NCBI GenBank assembly: GCA_022813865.1 | Contig: JALDZX010000031.1 | Coordinates: forward strand, 186,001 to 250,000 | Source of the DNA: Xylographa opegraphella | Taxonomy: Eukaryota | Length of the DNA stretch: 64,000 nucleotides | Direction: 5' to 3' | The notes under the pieces: model-generated | Databases searched by the model: none | What the model saw: the letters and a program-made list of their open reading frames with translations, nothing else | What the model was told of the DNA's origin: nothing | Made by a program: the position numbers and the translations under genes | In this document: one piece after another, positions 1 to 13,291 of the stretch | Position numbering within the stretch: the stretch's first letter is position 1 | Layout of the letters: every line of letters begins with the position of its first letter

Positions 1-145
1 CCAGCGCTATCGGTCCTGTAACATTGGAATTCCAGAATCCGCGATGAGTGCCACACCACGAGACAAGAATCAGGTAGGCGATAGAAAAGACAAGCTGGCC
101 GATGCGGATAGCGAAGAGAATCTTTGGATTGCGCAGAGTGTCCAT
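1..145 (-). CDS. Partial (5' end) small membrane protein, possibly MARVEL-like; runs off the window
   Basis: Manual translation from ATG at 145: MDTLRNPKILFAIRIGQLVFSIAYLILVSWCGTHRGFWNSNVTGPIAL. Open to the window edge, with an N-terminal 'R.xQLVF' hydrophobic helix. Confidence 0.5.
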   Translation of the reverse strand, partial: MDTLRNPKILFAIRIGQLVFSIAYLILVSWCGTHRGFWNSNVTGPIAL

Positions 146-1127
146 GATATGTGGATGTCGTGTGCCAAAACTCTTACGTGTTTCTCGATGTTAAGGCGAG
201 CGTTGGTGTTAGATCGAGAGTGTATCGAGAATGTATCGAAACCTCAGACAGCTAGGAGAATGCGAGCTTGAAAGTGAGGTAGGCGTACGGAAAAGGCTTG
301 AATATAAGCACGCAGAGTGAGTGGAGGATTATTGGGTTTGAGGGCAGTGAACACAAGATCCTGGCTGTGAAGGATTCAAGAATCCTTGTTTATGTCCATG
401 GTTACCTGGCTGTGACCGTTACAGAGTTTTTGTCTGCATATCGGCGGTCATAATCACACCACCTGGCTGTCGTATGGATAGCCGACTAAGGACCAATGAT
501 CCTTCGTACACTGCCCGGCGGTTGCCAACATGGCATCTCTTCCATGCTGCTTCTGAACATCTTCCTGAGCATGTGCCTGCCGCACTTCACAGCCTTAAGA
601 CGTGACTAAATCGTCCCATTGATTCACAACGTCCGCGTAGGATATAAAGGCTGGCTGTAGTTGGACATGTCGGTTGTGGGGCCTTGCTAGTGGCGGGCTG
701 AGGCGTTTCACATCGAACATGTGGCGTAAGTAGGCCCTAGAGCGAGGCTGAGCATTCCAATTTAGGGATCATTGAGGTTTATTTCTTTTCATGCTCGCTG
801 TCTTCTATGCGCAAACGGTCATCCATGATACTCTTTTGACTGAAAACTTGGCAGCTGGTTAGTGAGTGGAACTGTCTGCTCAATCGCCAGCATCTACCGT
901 GGACTGATAAGATTGTCCATTGGTATGTGTTCGCTTGAGTTCGTACATAGCTCCCAGCGCACAGAGGCATTGTTTAGTACATACCAAATTTTGTGATATT
1001 CATCATACACGTGTAGAAAGCTATCACTTCAACTCAAACCCAGAGATATTTTGCTTTACAACCATGGCAGGTCGCTCGTCAGCTTTCTACACGGAGAACC
1101 TCTTCGTCTCCCTTTAGCATTCAACTC

Positions 1128-2121
1128 CTACTCGCTTTCAGTCGACCACTCGCCGTATGTACTCTTGTTCGGATTTAGAGGTACTCCGCCGTTTTCTAGT
1201 CGCCGAGGGACTGCTTGCGGTATCCTCGACGGCTTTGCATGCACAGCTCGATCTGTTGTTTGTTGAAGCCCTGTCGTTCCCGACTCGAGGTCTCTCGTTG
1301 CTCCACCTTTTTGGTCCATTGGGGTTGTCGCTCCCTCCGAAGGGTTTTGCTGCGTGCTTTGAGAATGGGGATTTTGAGCAGGGTTATCAGGGTTTTGCAC
1401 TTCATAGCCACGGGGTTGATATGGTCTTTCTGACGGAGGCTGACGAATGTTCGCGTCCTCGTGGCTCTGATTTTCCGAGTGGTTTCTTGGATAGCACTGC
1501 TGCAACGATTGGCTGCGCATGGGGGATAATGGGTATACCGAGTCCCCCTGGTGAAGGTGCAGACTCAGACCTGGTTTGGGGACTTGTCCTGGCGAGAGAA
1601 TTTCTTCCTGGGAGAAGGCGCTCGCCAATGGTAACCTGTTCAGGGGGCTGATGTCCACCCTGCGTCCCGTCGGGCGGCGTCATAGTGAATCTTCCGACCC
1701 TTCTTACCACCGCCGGAGTCCAGGGTTGTGGTACCGCATCGCCCGACCGTACCTTGATAGTGATGTAAAGCAACAGCCATGCAACAAAACCAAATACAAA
1801 GACGACAACTATTGCAACTGTGGCACGCTCTGGAACCGGCTGACGGAACCCAAGTGAATAGATTGTAAGAATAGCGCCCGCAATGATTAACGAAGTGAAA
1901 AAGAAGAACTGCATGGCAGGGTTGAAACTCCAATGCAAGAAATCGTCAAGCCACAGTGGAGGACTCATACCTGATTTGATCGCGTTCGATCTGTCCTGTA
2001 GCTCTCTTAGCCACCTGGGATAGAGACTACGTACAGATAGAGACGAAGTAGAGCTTGAGCGCGAAAAGATTTCCAGTAATCTAATCATTGATATAGGTCC
2101 CAACCTGAAATATGTTGCCAA
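1128..2121 (-). CDS. Hypothetical protein with two predicted TM segments and a low-complexity tail; exon structure unresolved
   Basis: ORF 1402-2121 contains FFFFTSLIIAGAILTIYSL and VAIVVVFVFGFVAWLLLYI. Overlapping ORF 1128-1658 is Q/P/S/N-rich. No family recognised. Confidence 0.35.
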
Positions 2122-2452
2122 CGAGCGGTTACAGAAGATGGCATGCCTACAGAGTGAGAGCGCATATTAGTTCGTGCTCGAAGATCTCTGTGCTTCGTTG
2201 TTGATGCAAGCATCTTCTCGGCCTTCTCATCCACGAGACATTCTTCTCAGAGCTGGCAAGCGAACATTGCTGAGACAAAAATAATGTAAAACAAGACATG
2301 CCCTGAACAATGGCAGACCAGCGATGGGAAAACTGTTGAGGCGAGGATGCTGGAGCACCTATGTTTCATTCGCTTGTGTAAACAATGATCATAATTTCCC
2401 ATTATTGAATCGAGTGGACTGCCATGGTCGACACCATCAATTCTTCTCCGAC

Positions 2453-3170
2453 TTAGACCGCACTCCTTACGACTTCCCTCTCAGTCATTCCCATCGCCCT
2501 TCCGCCCGTCGGGTCCACACCGTCCTCCAGCCCTCGAACCGCTTCGTCCACTTCCAGATACTCCTTGTGCCCCACCCACCTTCCCAATTTCTCTCGCACA
2601 AACGTTTCAAAGTCCCATTCTCCTTCCTCTAGCCTCTCTGCTCCGTCGATCCACACGTAGGTCTCCGCCTCGACTGCAATCTCTCCCGACCCACCACTCC
2701 CATCGCCAGCACCATCAGAAATGACCTGCACATCAACTTTCTGGCGATTGTACTCGTCCCCCTCGAAGACATCGAGGCGGAACACATTCTGAGCTGAAAG
2801 GCCAGTGACAAGTGTCCCACGGACGCTGTGAATCCCTTGCGCACTTGTCGACGATGTGGAAGACGGTATGATGGCAGGATAGTCGCAGCCTCGGACCTTG
2901 TGTCTGCTGTAACCCTCAAGAATGGCCGATTCTATCTTGAGAGAAGACTTTTGCTGGGCTGTGGGCGCCGTAGTGCCGTAGATGACACGGTGAAGGACCT
3001 GAGGCGCCATCTGAGGCAGTATTAGCCTGGACTCTGAAGTGCAGTATTAGGAAAAGGTCTAGCAAAGACTAACCAGCGTCCCTAGAGATGGCGATTTAGC
3101 TCGTGGGTCGCAATGCGGTGGATGTGCCGGCGAGGACCGTACCGTAGAAGAAGGCAGTGTGCAGCTCCAT
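2453..3170 (-). CDS. AIG2-like / gamma-glutamylcyclotransferase family protein (3 exons, including an 8-nt micro-exon)
   Basis: Exons 3170-3143, 3081-3074 and 3010-2453 splice to MELHTAFFYGTLMAPQVLHRVI... Motifs FFYGTLM, DYPAI and LDVFEGDEY.R are typical of the GGCT/AIG2 family. Confidence 0.88.
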
Positions 3171-3717
3171 GATGGAGATTACACTGTAGCTGTAGCTGGA
3201 AGGAACTAGATCATTAGCTGTAGGCAATTTCAATCCGCGATTCACATGAGCATGGGACTGAAGCTACGTATCAAGGATAGTTGCTGTGGATAGCGTGTAA
3301 TAAATGCAAGGGGAAAGGTATTCCGACTTCAGGATGAGGAAGCTAGCGAAGCGAGATATTGTTCCGGGCGATATAATTGGTCACGTCACGAAATCACTTG
3401 CGATGTGTATAATCACTATTTGCTCATATATATATTTCCATTGTTATCTTAAAGTAGTGACCGGATTTGCGCACTTCCTCAACATGGTGCTGAAACATCA
3501 CCGACTTATCCCATTGTCCCTACTCCTGCTTGTGTACTGTGAAGAAGCCCCCCAAAAAAAATAGCATAAAATCCGAAGCAAATCAAGTGGAGAACAAACA
3601 GCAGCCTTCCTTAGCATTTCCCTTAGTCCGCTTGAAATCTATTTTAGGATGTTACAAGCGTAGTCTTCATATTCGAACATCATAATTATTGACATGGGGC
3701 ATAACAACTTACCTCGC

Positions 3718-4268
3718 CTAGCACATTTCCCACCAAAGACACCATTGTTCATCAAGCTCGAGGTTCTGACCAAGCCAAAAAGGAGAGACCTTAACATAAA
3801 TTTTTTGCTGTTGAGGGACATAGACGCCTGGCAGTGAACAGGCTTCTTTCATACTCGTATGTCCTGAAGGTGGGTTTGGCGTCTCCAGATCCGGGTCGAC
3901 AGCGTTGAGATGACCGTCGTCATTGTGGTTATTATCCCTGGATTGCATAACTATGTCCTCGAGCAACTTGGTTTTTGCTGCATATTGTGCAAGCCGCACT
4001 TCTAGTTCTTTGCGTTCATGATTTGCTCTTGCTACAGCTTGCTCGACTCCACAATTTGACGCTGATGCGGCTGAGGACAATCTGCATCAGGTGTAGAATC
4101 TGGATGTTTACCTTTAAGGACAGACGGTGCCTGGTCTGGGAAGTAGGTTTGGAGGACAGTATCCCAGCCTGCTTCGCAAGTCACTTGATTGGGTTGGAAA
4201 CTGATTCCTGGAGCGTCATTGAACATATCATCCTGAAAACAAGGTAGTATATCCCATTCGGTCTCCAT
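3718..4268 (-). CDS. Hypothetical protein with a coiled-coil segment (2 exons proposed)
   Basis: aaaATGG start at 4268. A 41-nt GTAAAC...CTGAT...CAG intron would join METEWDILP...PSVLK to AASASNCGVEQAVARANHERKELEVRLAQY... The intron is short and no family was recognised. Confidence 0.3.
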
Positions 4269-5089
4269 TTTTATGTCGACAGCAGACATTAGCATGTCAC
4301 GCAAATTCAGAATCGTGATCCATGACTTCTTGTCAAAGAGGGGTTGTAGGTATTTAGGAATGATAAGTGCGATGATTGAATCAGAGGCTGGGCGGTAATC
4401 CGTAGTTATCAACCAATGTGGGAGATTGGATGATGATCAAGCATTCATCAGGAGTTGGTCATAACAAGTGAACGTGAAAGCCTTCACACAAGACTTTGAC
4501 TGGGAATTGAAAAAGAAGCAGCAGGCATTATTTGTCGGAGAAATGACATTCCCAGAGAGGTGAAATTTGGGAAATTGTCCAACGTTTATACATTTTGAGA
4601 TGCAACGGTGACTCATAGTGGTTTATATTTAATCTGTATATGGTTAGACCAAGGCGTCAGTCTAACCATTTTCTACCTAGTAAAGCTCTAGTAGCCCAAG
4701 TCGAATCAGACCTCGGCACAAATATGAGTATCACATGTTAACTGCCAGTAAATAAAATCTCTTCAATATACTGGTGTCGGGATGTCGTGATTGCTTTCGC
4801 AGAGGGATCAAGACCTCTCTGCGACAATAACGGGCAACACACCGCTTCGGCAATGACTCTATATGACGTATTAAAATAACGCAGAGCTGGGGCTTCAAAC
4901 GGACAACATGAATCTCACGGCCAATGTCCCAAACTGCCTACTCGTGCTAGAAGATAGATAGGAATAGCTTCTTCAGATAAGTAGAGGATTGACCGATGAG
5001 AAGAGGGACACTATGACGAGTACGAGGAAGCACGTCACGCAATCAACGTCGTTCTCGCTTCCTGCCTGCTGACAGCCGCTTTTTGAATG

Positions 5090-6524
5090 TCACAAAACGC
5101 CTAGCATCTTCAAAGTCGGCCTCACAACCGAGAACGGTAACGAATCCTCGGCCGAAATCCCATTGCGGATACATGCGAGCATCGCCAGCTTCGCAGTGTA
5201 GCACCACACTGCCAGCACCCACACGATGCCCACCACGCGGTGCCAGGGCTTCGGCTGCGCGTCCTGACCCTTGGGCACTCCGGTCCACGCTTTGTAACTC
5301 CAGATGGCAAAGTCTTCGAAGTGGACAGCGACGGCCTGCAGCATCATGAAGTTGAAGAATAAGAAAAAGCGGTTTGCAAGGGTGTTGGTGTCGCGGGTGT
5401 GGTAGGACATGGCGTATGTTACCTGTAGACATATTAAACGGAATCTGTAGTATGGTAATGGTTGGATTCGTAGGGCTACGTACCATCCCGTGTCCCAAAC
5501 CGGAAATGAAGAAACCCAGGTAGAGCTGGAAATAGGTTGACAACCAAGTACCCTTTTGGATGCCCAGCAGTTTCATGAGGCCATGGCTCCAGTCGGTATA
5601 CGTCTTCCGAATTGTTTGATGCCAGAATGTGTTCCATAATGTACGTAGGGTTGTGACCTTCGCTGGTTTGTTTCCGTAGATAGGAGGCCAATCCTAGATG
5701 TTGAGACCCGTTAATTCAACACAAATAGCTATGGCCAATACGGGAACCGACCTTCGGCTGTCCACCGCCACAAAGAACCGATATCAGAGCGATCTGAGTG
5801 TAAAGGTTCTGGACAGGTAGGTAAACCATTGCGAGCGTACCCCAGAACATGTTATAAAACCGCCGGCCGAAGAAGCTGCCAGGAAGTTCGATGAATGGCA
5901 TAGTTGCGGGGTCCGGCTTGCCGCCATAAACGCTCTCAATTATATAAACATTCGTGATATCTATCAGGAGCCACACAACGCCGAGCCATATTAAGTTGTC
6001 CACGAAAAACTGTTTCTTGGTTCTAACATGGTCATCTGGAATGCCTTTGACCCGATAGTTCCAGCCTACGCCACTAATGATCTTGTCAGTCTCACTATCT
6101 TACCCATTTGGAGCGTTGTCTCGAACCGAGGAGAGCAATATAGCGCTGCAGACCACTTCAACTTCTGTAAAAATGGCATGTCCATCGCCTCATGGGGCTT
6201 GCGATCGATCCTCCAATAATCATATTCGGGATTCGCAAACACAAGTTTGGCTATTGTGCCTAGGTACCACTACTATGGTCTCAACCTCGATAAATCTTCG
6301 CAATTGAGAGCACCTACCGGCCATTGAGCTATCAGAGCTGCCCTACCGAATGAATTTGTGGTGAACAGATTTGTCCATGTTGCATACACGAGACCGCAGA
6401 TGATCGGAGTGAAAATGGCAGCACGGCCTTTGAAAGGTGGCAGCGCCAAAGCAAGAATCTGAGAGAATGGCAGCAGAACATGGGGCAAGATAGAACCCCC
6501 AAGTGCATCTAGAGGAGCTTGCAT
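5090..6524 (-). CDS. Membrane-bound O-acyltransferase (wax synthase / MBOAT_2, Tri7-like), 5 exons
   Basis: Spliced translation gives SPRGVGWNY, DWPPIYG...TLRTLWNTFWHQTIRK, YLGFFISGLGH and FMMLQAVAVHFED, the conserved blocks of fungal MBOAT acyltransferases. Confidence 0.88.
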
Positions 6525-7710
6525 GTCGGATGCTAATTGGCAACAAGATCACGCCCAAGGAGAGGCCGCCGTGCTGGGAGAACAGTACGAATTGGTGGAG
6601 GGCGAGGTAGTCACCATCTCCTTAAGACCACACAGACGCAACCGCAGCCGCATATTACCTGTCATCGTTTCGAGAGTAGTCTCAACGTGCCAGACGCTTC
6701 TCATTCCTGATCAGGGGTGGCGTTTGCTGGTTCGTTCTCCGTGCCGTTCTCAGGTGCATGCCGCTGCTAGGTAGCACCCCCGGCCCCCCCTACAGGTCGT
6801 TCGGGAAGACCTTCCAGCTTCTTAAGCGGCACTGCACCTTCGCATGCTGTGTGATAAGGTACGTATTAATTGTTGAACAGTGGGAACGTCGCACCACCAG
6901 TGGCTGAACCACAATTGCCAGGATTCAGACGCAGGACAACTGTGCCGGTGCCTTTGTAGATGCAATCTGCTTCGCAGCTGGAAAAAGCCACTGGTACGAT
7001 GGGTAAGCCTCCAAGGACAGCTTTGGGGGAGCAGCTTCAAGGATAAAGACGGACTATATGCCGCAACAGCTACATCAATATTTCCCACACGGAAGAAGTG
7101 CAAAGCTATCAGAGAATGGCCAGATAGATGGAACGCTGCCGAGTACAGAAGGGCGACAGGAGCCTCACTGGAAGGTGTGCGTGTGCGTAGTACTTCGCTC
7201 GCTCGTTGTCGATCTAGCCCGTCCTAGTCTAGTCTAGGTGTCTAGTTCTGGGATTTCGGAAAGACGCCTTCTTAAGGTATGTACTCCACCCACCCAACGG
7301 CATGAATTACTGGTCCACGATGCCACAACCACAACAACAAGATACTGCCATGCGACGGACTGTAGAATTACGCTCTATGGGTGGAATTTTCCACACACCA
7401 CAAGAGCTTTAAGCTATGAACCGACCAATAGCCAACCGTAAACCATGATTCTGCTGAAATAGCGCTGAATGCCGCAGTAAGGACTGCTTAAGGTTCTGCA
7501 TCGATGGCTTCACTGTACAGAAGCCAGCAGCCTAATCAAAAAGCTTGTGGATGCGCGCTTTCGTATCAGCAAGCACCACTACCACTTCTGCGGTTCGAGT
7601 CGGTAAAACCGAAGCTGCAGCTAAGCCGGCCTCCGTGCGAAATACTCATAAGATCTCTGTGATTCCTTCTACATAGTGGACGTAGCAGATACCAGCTACT
7701 CCACCAAGCA

Positions 7711-9401
7711 ATGGAGTTTCAGCTGGTACCGACTCTCAATATCCAGTTGTTTCACCTTCTGGTTTCCGTGATATTTCTTCTCTACCTTGGACGAGCTATT
7801 TATCGAAAGTCGTTCTCATCTATATCTGATATACCCGCGCCCAATATTGTTGCTTCGGTATCCATCTGGTGGCAAGCATGGCATGCAATCAAAGGGGATA
7901 CTCACACTATACTCGTGGACTTGCACAGGGCAAAGGGTCCCTTTGTCCGCATCAGCCACAAGGAAGTTGCGGTCTGCCACCCCGAGGCTATCCCAGTGTT
8001 ACTGAAGAAAGCATTGCCGAAAGTAAGTGACGAAGAAGCGAGACCAGTGTAGTAATTCTGCGATAAAGCAAAGCTTACCATTGTCGGCAGGCACCATGGT
8101 ACCGTGTCTTTGCCATTCCAAACCAGGGCTATCAAAATCAAATGTCGGAGACCGATCCTGCTCGTCACATTCATGTCCAGAAGAACATAGCGTCAGGGTA
8201 TGCCATCTCCAACATAATCTCCACCGAGCCAGCGGTTGACAAGTCTATCATACAATTAAAAACCAAACTGGCAGAATGCTCCAAGACTGGCTCCGTTGTT
8301 GACTTTGAGGATTGGTTCAACTACTTCGCATTCGATGTAGTAGGCAGCGTAACATTTTCAAGAGACTTCGGCTTCCTTGAGGCGGGTCGAGACATCGGTA
8401 GCTCCATTGCGGCCGCTTCATTTCTCGAGGCATACTTTGGGCTAATGGGCCATTTCTATTGGCTTCATAAGCTGCTTTTGGAGAACTATCTCCTAACCTG
8501 GCTTAAATTCCAGCCGAAAAGTCATCTTTTGGACTTGACCCTTAGCTCTATTGCAGGTCGCAAAGTAGACCACGAACCTCGAAATGACATGATAGAGCAG
8601 TGGATCACAATGCGCCGCAAATATCCTGACCGGATGGACGATTTAGAGATCCATGGGGCTTCGGCAGCAAATCTCGGGGCCGGCGCCGACACCGTTGCGG
8701 GAGTGCTCCAGGCCTTCATGTATAGTATAACCAAGGACAAAAAAAGGCTCGAGGTCTTAATCGAGGAGCTGGATGGTGCCACTGCGCGAGGCGAACTTGA
8801 TTCTACTGCCACATGGGCCTAGACCCAGAAGCTACCATATCTGCAAGCTTGTGTATGTGACCCTTTTCCCGCCGCTGGGAGGCAAATCTAAGTATCATGG
8901 CAGATCAAGGAAACATTGAGGTGGCATCCTGTCTTCGCCTGGGGACTACCAAGGATTGTGCCAGAAGGCGGCGTTACGATTGCCGGGCGTTCCTTTCATG
9001 AGGGGGTTTGGATGACCTCACTGCCTTGTTCTCACTAAAGCTCGATCGCTAACTTAACACAGATCACCTTGACAGTCGCTCCGTGGTCTATGCACCACGA
9101 TGCAAAGCTATGGGGGCCTGATGTCGAGGTCTGGAGGCCCGAGAGGTGGCTTGAGCCGATGAGCAAAGAGCTGGACAAATTTTTCATGCCATTTGGGTGG
9201 GGCTATCAGCAATGTCCAGGTCAAAAACTAGCACTCTTCGAAATAAGCAAGCTCATGGCGACTATTATCCGCGACTTCAAGTTTGAACTTGTCGAACCCA
9301 GCAGATGGGTACACGTTTCCCGATTCCTCGCTATGCCGAAGGGTAGCTGCAAATGCACGGTCAAGCAGCGGTTGGGATGTGCCGTTGAGAAGACCGAGTA
9401 A
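7711..9401 (+). pseudogene. Cytochrome P450 with a premature in-frame TAG (probable null allele or young pseudogene)
   Basis: N-terminal anchor, GPFVRI, AGADTV (I helix), IKETLR (ExxR), WRPERWL and FMPFGWGYQQCPG (heme Cys) are all present with canonical introns. TAG at 8820-8822 interrupts ...TATWA*TQKLPYLQAC. P450 identity is certain; inactivation depends on the base call. Confidence 0.8.
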
Positions 9402-10760
9402 AGCATTAGCCAGGATCATCAAGACCACGATGATGGGAAGGTTGTGCCCCCTTGACGAAGATTCTCCAGACATTTACACCCTCTGCATTTTAACGTGGAC
9501 GAGCCGGGCCAAACACCAGCACCGTAAGCAAAATGTAGACCTGCAACCGAAGAAGTCTAAATCCGACGCGAGAGACTTCGAATCAGAAGCTCTATCGCAG
9601 GCGGCACAGCGATAAGGTGAGTTGTCGAAGGCTCCCATCCAGTGGAAGCACACCCTCCCGTTGGGTTGTACGATGCAGGATCGGGCATGGCCGTGAGTGG
9701 TGACAGCGCCGCCGGTTAAAGTCAATGGGCAATTTCCGGCCCATTCCACATGTCCGCGTGGCATCCAATGTCTGTGCCTCTGAACAGCAGACGTTCCGAT
9801 TTTGACGAATTGAAAAATGGTGTTGCTCGCTCCCCTTCCTTCCGGTGCTTACCGGTTTCCATCAGCGATTGGACAGTGTGGCGGCCACTAAGCTTCGACG
9901 GTGGAAGTCAGCTATGGGGCTATCTCGACCGATCCAAAGACTCGCGGGCCGTACCAGCAGGAAACTTTGGTAGCATGGTAGTACGCGGTCCGCTGCAAGA
10001 ATAATAAGGAATCCGTCCCGCATTACAGGCCGGGGACATGTGCTGCGTATGTACAGATTTCGTGATGAACAGGGGCCTTAGGGACCCGCGCAGGGGATGG
10101 TTAGCGGATCAAACCCCCAACATGGCTGGTGTTCGACCTCGCTCCAATACCAAAGGGCGATAATGTGGTTTCTGTGCCACGAACTCTGTATCCACGTCAA
10201 GATTACGACACTTTGTGACTTTGTGGGTCATGTAACGGCTATCGAGTTCTATCTGACAACCTGCCATATTCGGTAGCTTTGCTGTCAATGATCGTTGGAA
10301 TTTCATGTTCTCCCTCCAACGTCAGGGCGTGCCTCTCGACACCGCTTCCCGTGGCATTTCAGACACGGCAAGGAATGCTCTAAAAAGATCTGTGAGGACT
10401 TGGTTGACGCGCATGCTACGGCGCCGCTTAGCCTACTCTGCTCTTCTTCCTGCTTTGGTGTGCGATCGCGACCTTCGAGGACGCCATGTTGCCACGCCAC
10501 CAGCCTGCAACACACGCGGGATCTTCATCCAGGCTCATACCTTGTGGGTGACCATGTCATTGGGTACCAATAGCTGGACCACCCAATATATATGCATGAG
10601 GCGAGAGGAAAGCTCGGCGTGACATCAACCCCTGATGATGAGCTTCGAAACCGTGAGATAGTCTCAGAGTTGGAGATGGACCCGTTATGATGATACTCAA
10701 AGCACATCTTTCCATCCCTTCGTGTCCTATTGCTCTGTTCCCTCGTTGGTGAGCTTCAGA

Positions 10761-12163
10761 ATGGCCCTATCGTATTCCGGTGTCAATCTCGTCATTCTAT
10801 TTGTCGTCTTCGGCTTCTTGGGGATCTCGTGCGTCATTTTGAGAATCTATGCCAGGCACTTGAAGAACACGAGCTTGGCATTTAACGACTATGCGGCGGT
10901 CTTGGCTTTGGTATGTGTTGAAAGTTTCCATCGCTTGCCCGATAGCCGCTGAGTTGTGCAGATTTTCAGCCTCTCGCTCAGTGCGAGTGTTTGCGCCGGT
11001 GGGTCACTTCGAGCTTTCGGTCGTCCAAATCGGCTGATATCCTCGCAGCGGCCGGCGAGTTTGGCCTCGGAGCTCATGATGCAGACTTGGAAAATCCTCC
11101 AGCGGATCTGACAAATATTCTCAAGGTGTGTTGGCTACATGACTGTGTGCATACAAAGCACACCAGGAGAGCTTCAACTAGTAAATCAATGTCTTGAGCT
11201 TACTGATACTTCTTTTGTAGTCCTTGTTTTCCTTTCAGATTACGTGGGCGCTCGCAAACACGTTCATCAAACTATCAGTCTGCCACCTCTACGTAAGTCC
11301 GTGAGTTTTCATCAAAAGACTCGAACTGACATACACAAGGTTACAATTTTCAGGCTTCGGCCTTTCCGCGTAGCCGCTTACACTATCATGGGCCTCTCAA
11401 TAGTATACGGTTTTGCCGTGCTCCTGGAGAGTATGTACTCATCGATGCCTATATCAACTTTACTAAACAACTATCAGCCCTGTTAATATGTAAACCCATC
11501 GCCTTCAACTGGGACACAACAATTGAAGGTGGAAGCTGCGCCAACCAGACCCAAGCCTTCGAAGCCGTCGGTATCCTCAATTTACTGACCGACATCGCAA
11601 TAATAATCCTTCCTATGCCCTGGTTATGGACACTACAGTTGCCATTTTCAAAAAAGATCGGTCTGACCGCCATCTTTGGCATCGGTATCATGTAAGTATT
11701 AGCGTTCGTCCCCCGGCTTCCAGCGGCGAAAGACTAATTCCCCAAAGCATCTGTGCCATCAGTGTCGTCCGCATCGTCGCTCTCGCAACCTGGGTAATGC
11801 TCCCATGTTCCGCATTCATGTTATCAAAGCTCCGCTAACACCTTGGTCATTTAGGACTTCTCCGACTTCTCCTACGGTCTTGGTAAAGTCGCATACTGGT
11901 CGACGCTCGAGCCCGCGCTCGGTGTCATCAATTGCTGTCTGCCCGTTCTGCAGCCCGTACTCTCGAAGCTCCGCGGCACGAGTTTTGGGACCAAGGGCCG
12001 CTCGAAGCTGTCTTACGGGCGCTCGGTCACGTCAAAGGAGTCCGGCTCCGCTAAGATCGGCCGCTTCCAGCGGATGGATAATGATTTATATCCGTTGACG
12101 GATGTAGACGTGGGCAAGATCACAGTGCAGCATGAGGTTGTGTTGGAGCACGAGGATGCTTGA
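10761..12163 (+). CDS. PTH11-like integral membrane protein (fungal rhodopsin domain), many small exons
   Basis: VILRIYAR...LAFNDY, FIKLSVCHLY, ICKPIAFNWD, NLLTDIAIIILPMPWLWTLQL, ICAISVVRI and WSTLEPALGVINCCLP; TGA at 12161-12163. Confidence 0.88.
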
Positions 12164-13291
12164 GTCTTTGACGCCAATTCGCGGATATTTGGTCATAGAA
12201 ATGGTGTGCTCGTCGAGGTGGAAAAGGCGTTGATGGCTAACGTCAGGTCTTGTGGCCATAGAGTTAATCTCGGAGACGGGGTGGGGGCGGTTTGGTGGCG
12301 TCGAAGCGATGCCGTTTGTTGACCGCGCGCCAAGGATCTTACCGTACAAAAACTTGGCGGGTGAGCATGGCAATGCTCGTCGTAAATATGGATATGGAAA
12401 GAGTATATAGTTTCAATCAGAAAAATTACATGACGTGGGAGGAGGGTATTATTCCAACGTCGAGATTCTGGGCCTAAGGATATCGGCCTTTCAAGAGCTG
12501 GAACGGTGTCCGGTCCCCTCGACGCTGCAGCCCAGCCGATCTTAGATCTCATTTGGCCTTCTTGGCCCCCCGAGCGGACTCTCACCCGTCACAAGGGCAT
12601 GGGCGCGGTGCTGGCGGGTTAGCTGGAAGGGTACGATGGTGTGGCGGCTGTCGTCGTCGTAACCTTTGGAACCTTTGTGGGGTGTGGGGCGTCGTGGAGA
12701 ATAGGGAGGGGGGGGGTAGCTGACAAGTATGAGCACCGCAGTAACGCAAATATATTTTTGATATGTTTTGATAGTATAGCATTGCTGCAGACGCGAGCCG
12801 GGTTGTCTATCGGAGGTCGCCGTCGTTGCGTATTTGACTGTTGTTTTCATGGGTTGGGTCTAGAAGTACTTCTGCTCCAGGAGAGACTTCACATGCGCTG
12901 AGGGTTTATTCCGGAGTTTAAAAGCATATATGCTGACGCCGGCCGCCCGTGCTCGATTGATATGGTCGTGTTGATTTGTAAAGAACGCTTCGCTGCCCCG
13001 ATGACCAGTACATCACAGCATGTGCTATCCGTAACACAATAGATTACATGACGACGGGACCGATACATGAGTCACAAGCATGAAGGGTCGAATCGAGCGA
13101 CTGAATTTTCGGGTGGAGACTTAGGCAGGAAGCATGGAGAACTTAGGGTTGCTCTTGCGTAAATTCAAATTCTGCACGAATGCAAATCTAGTGTATTTAG
13201 AAAGATCCGCTTCGAACACAACCTCCAGACATCTTTCTTGCTCTTGATCTACAGTGCTCAGAACTTCTTGTAGCACACCACAGTCGTAATA

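Noticed and set aside
4640..4669. 10-bp inverted repeat ATGGTTAGAC/GTCTAACCAT
   Set aside because: An isolated short hairpin with no supporting context.
12542..12850. 102-aa minus-strand ORF
   Set aside because: No recognisable motif or convincing splice structure.
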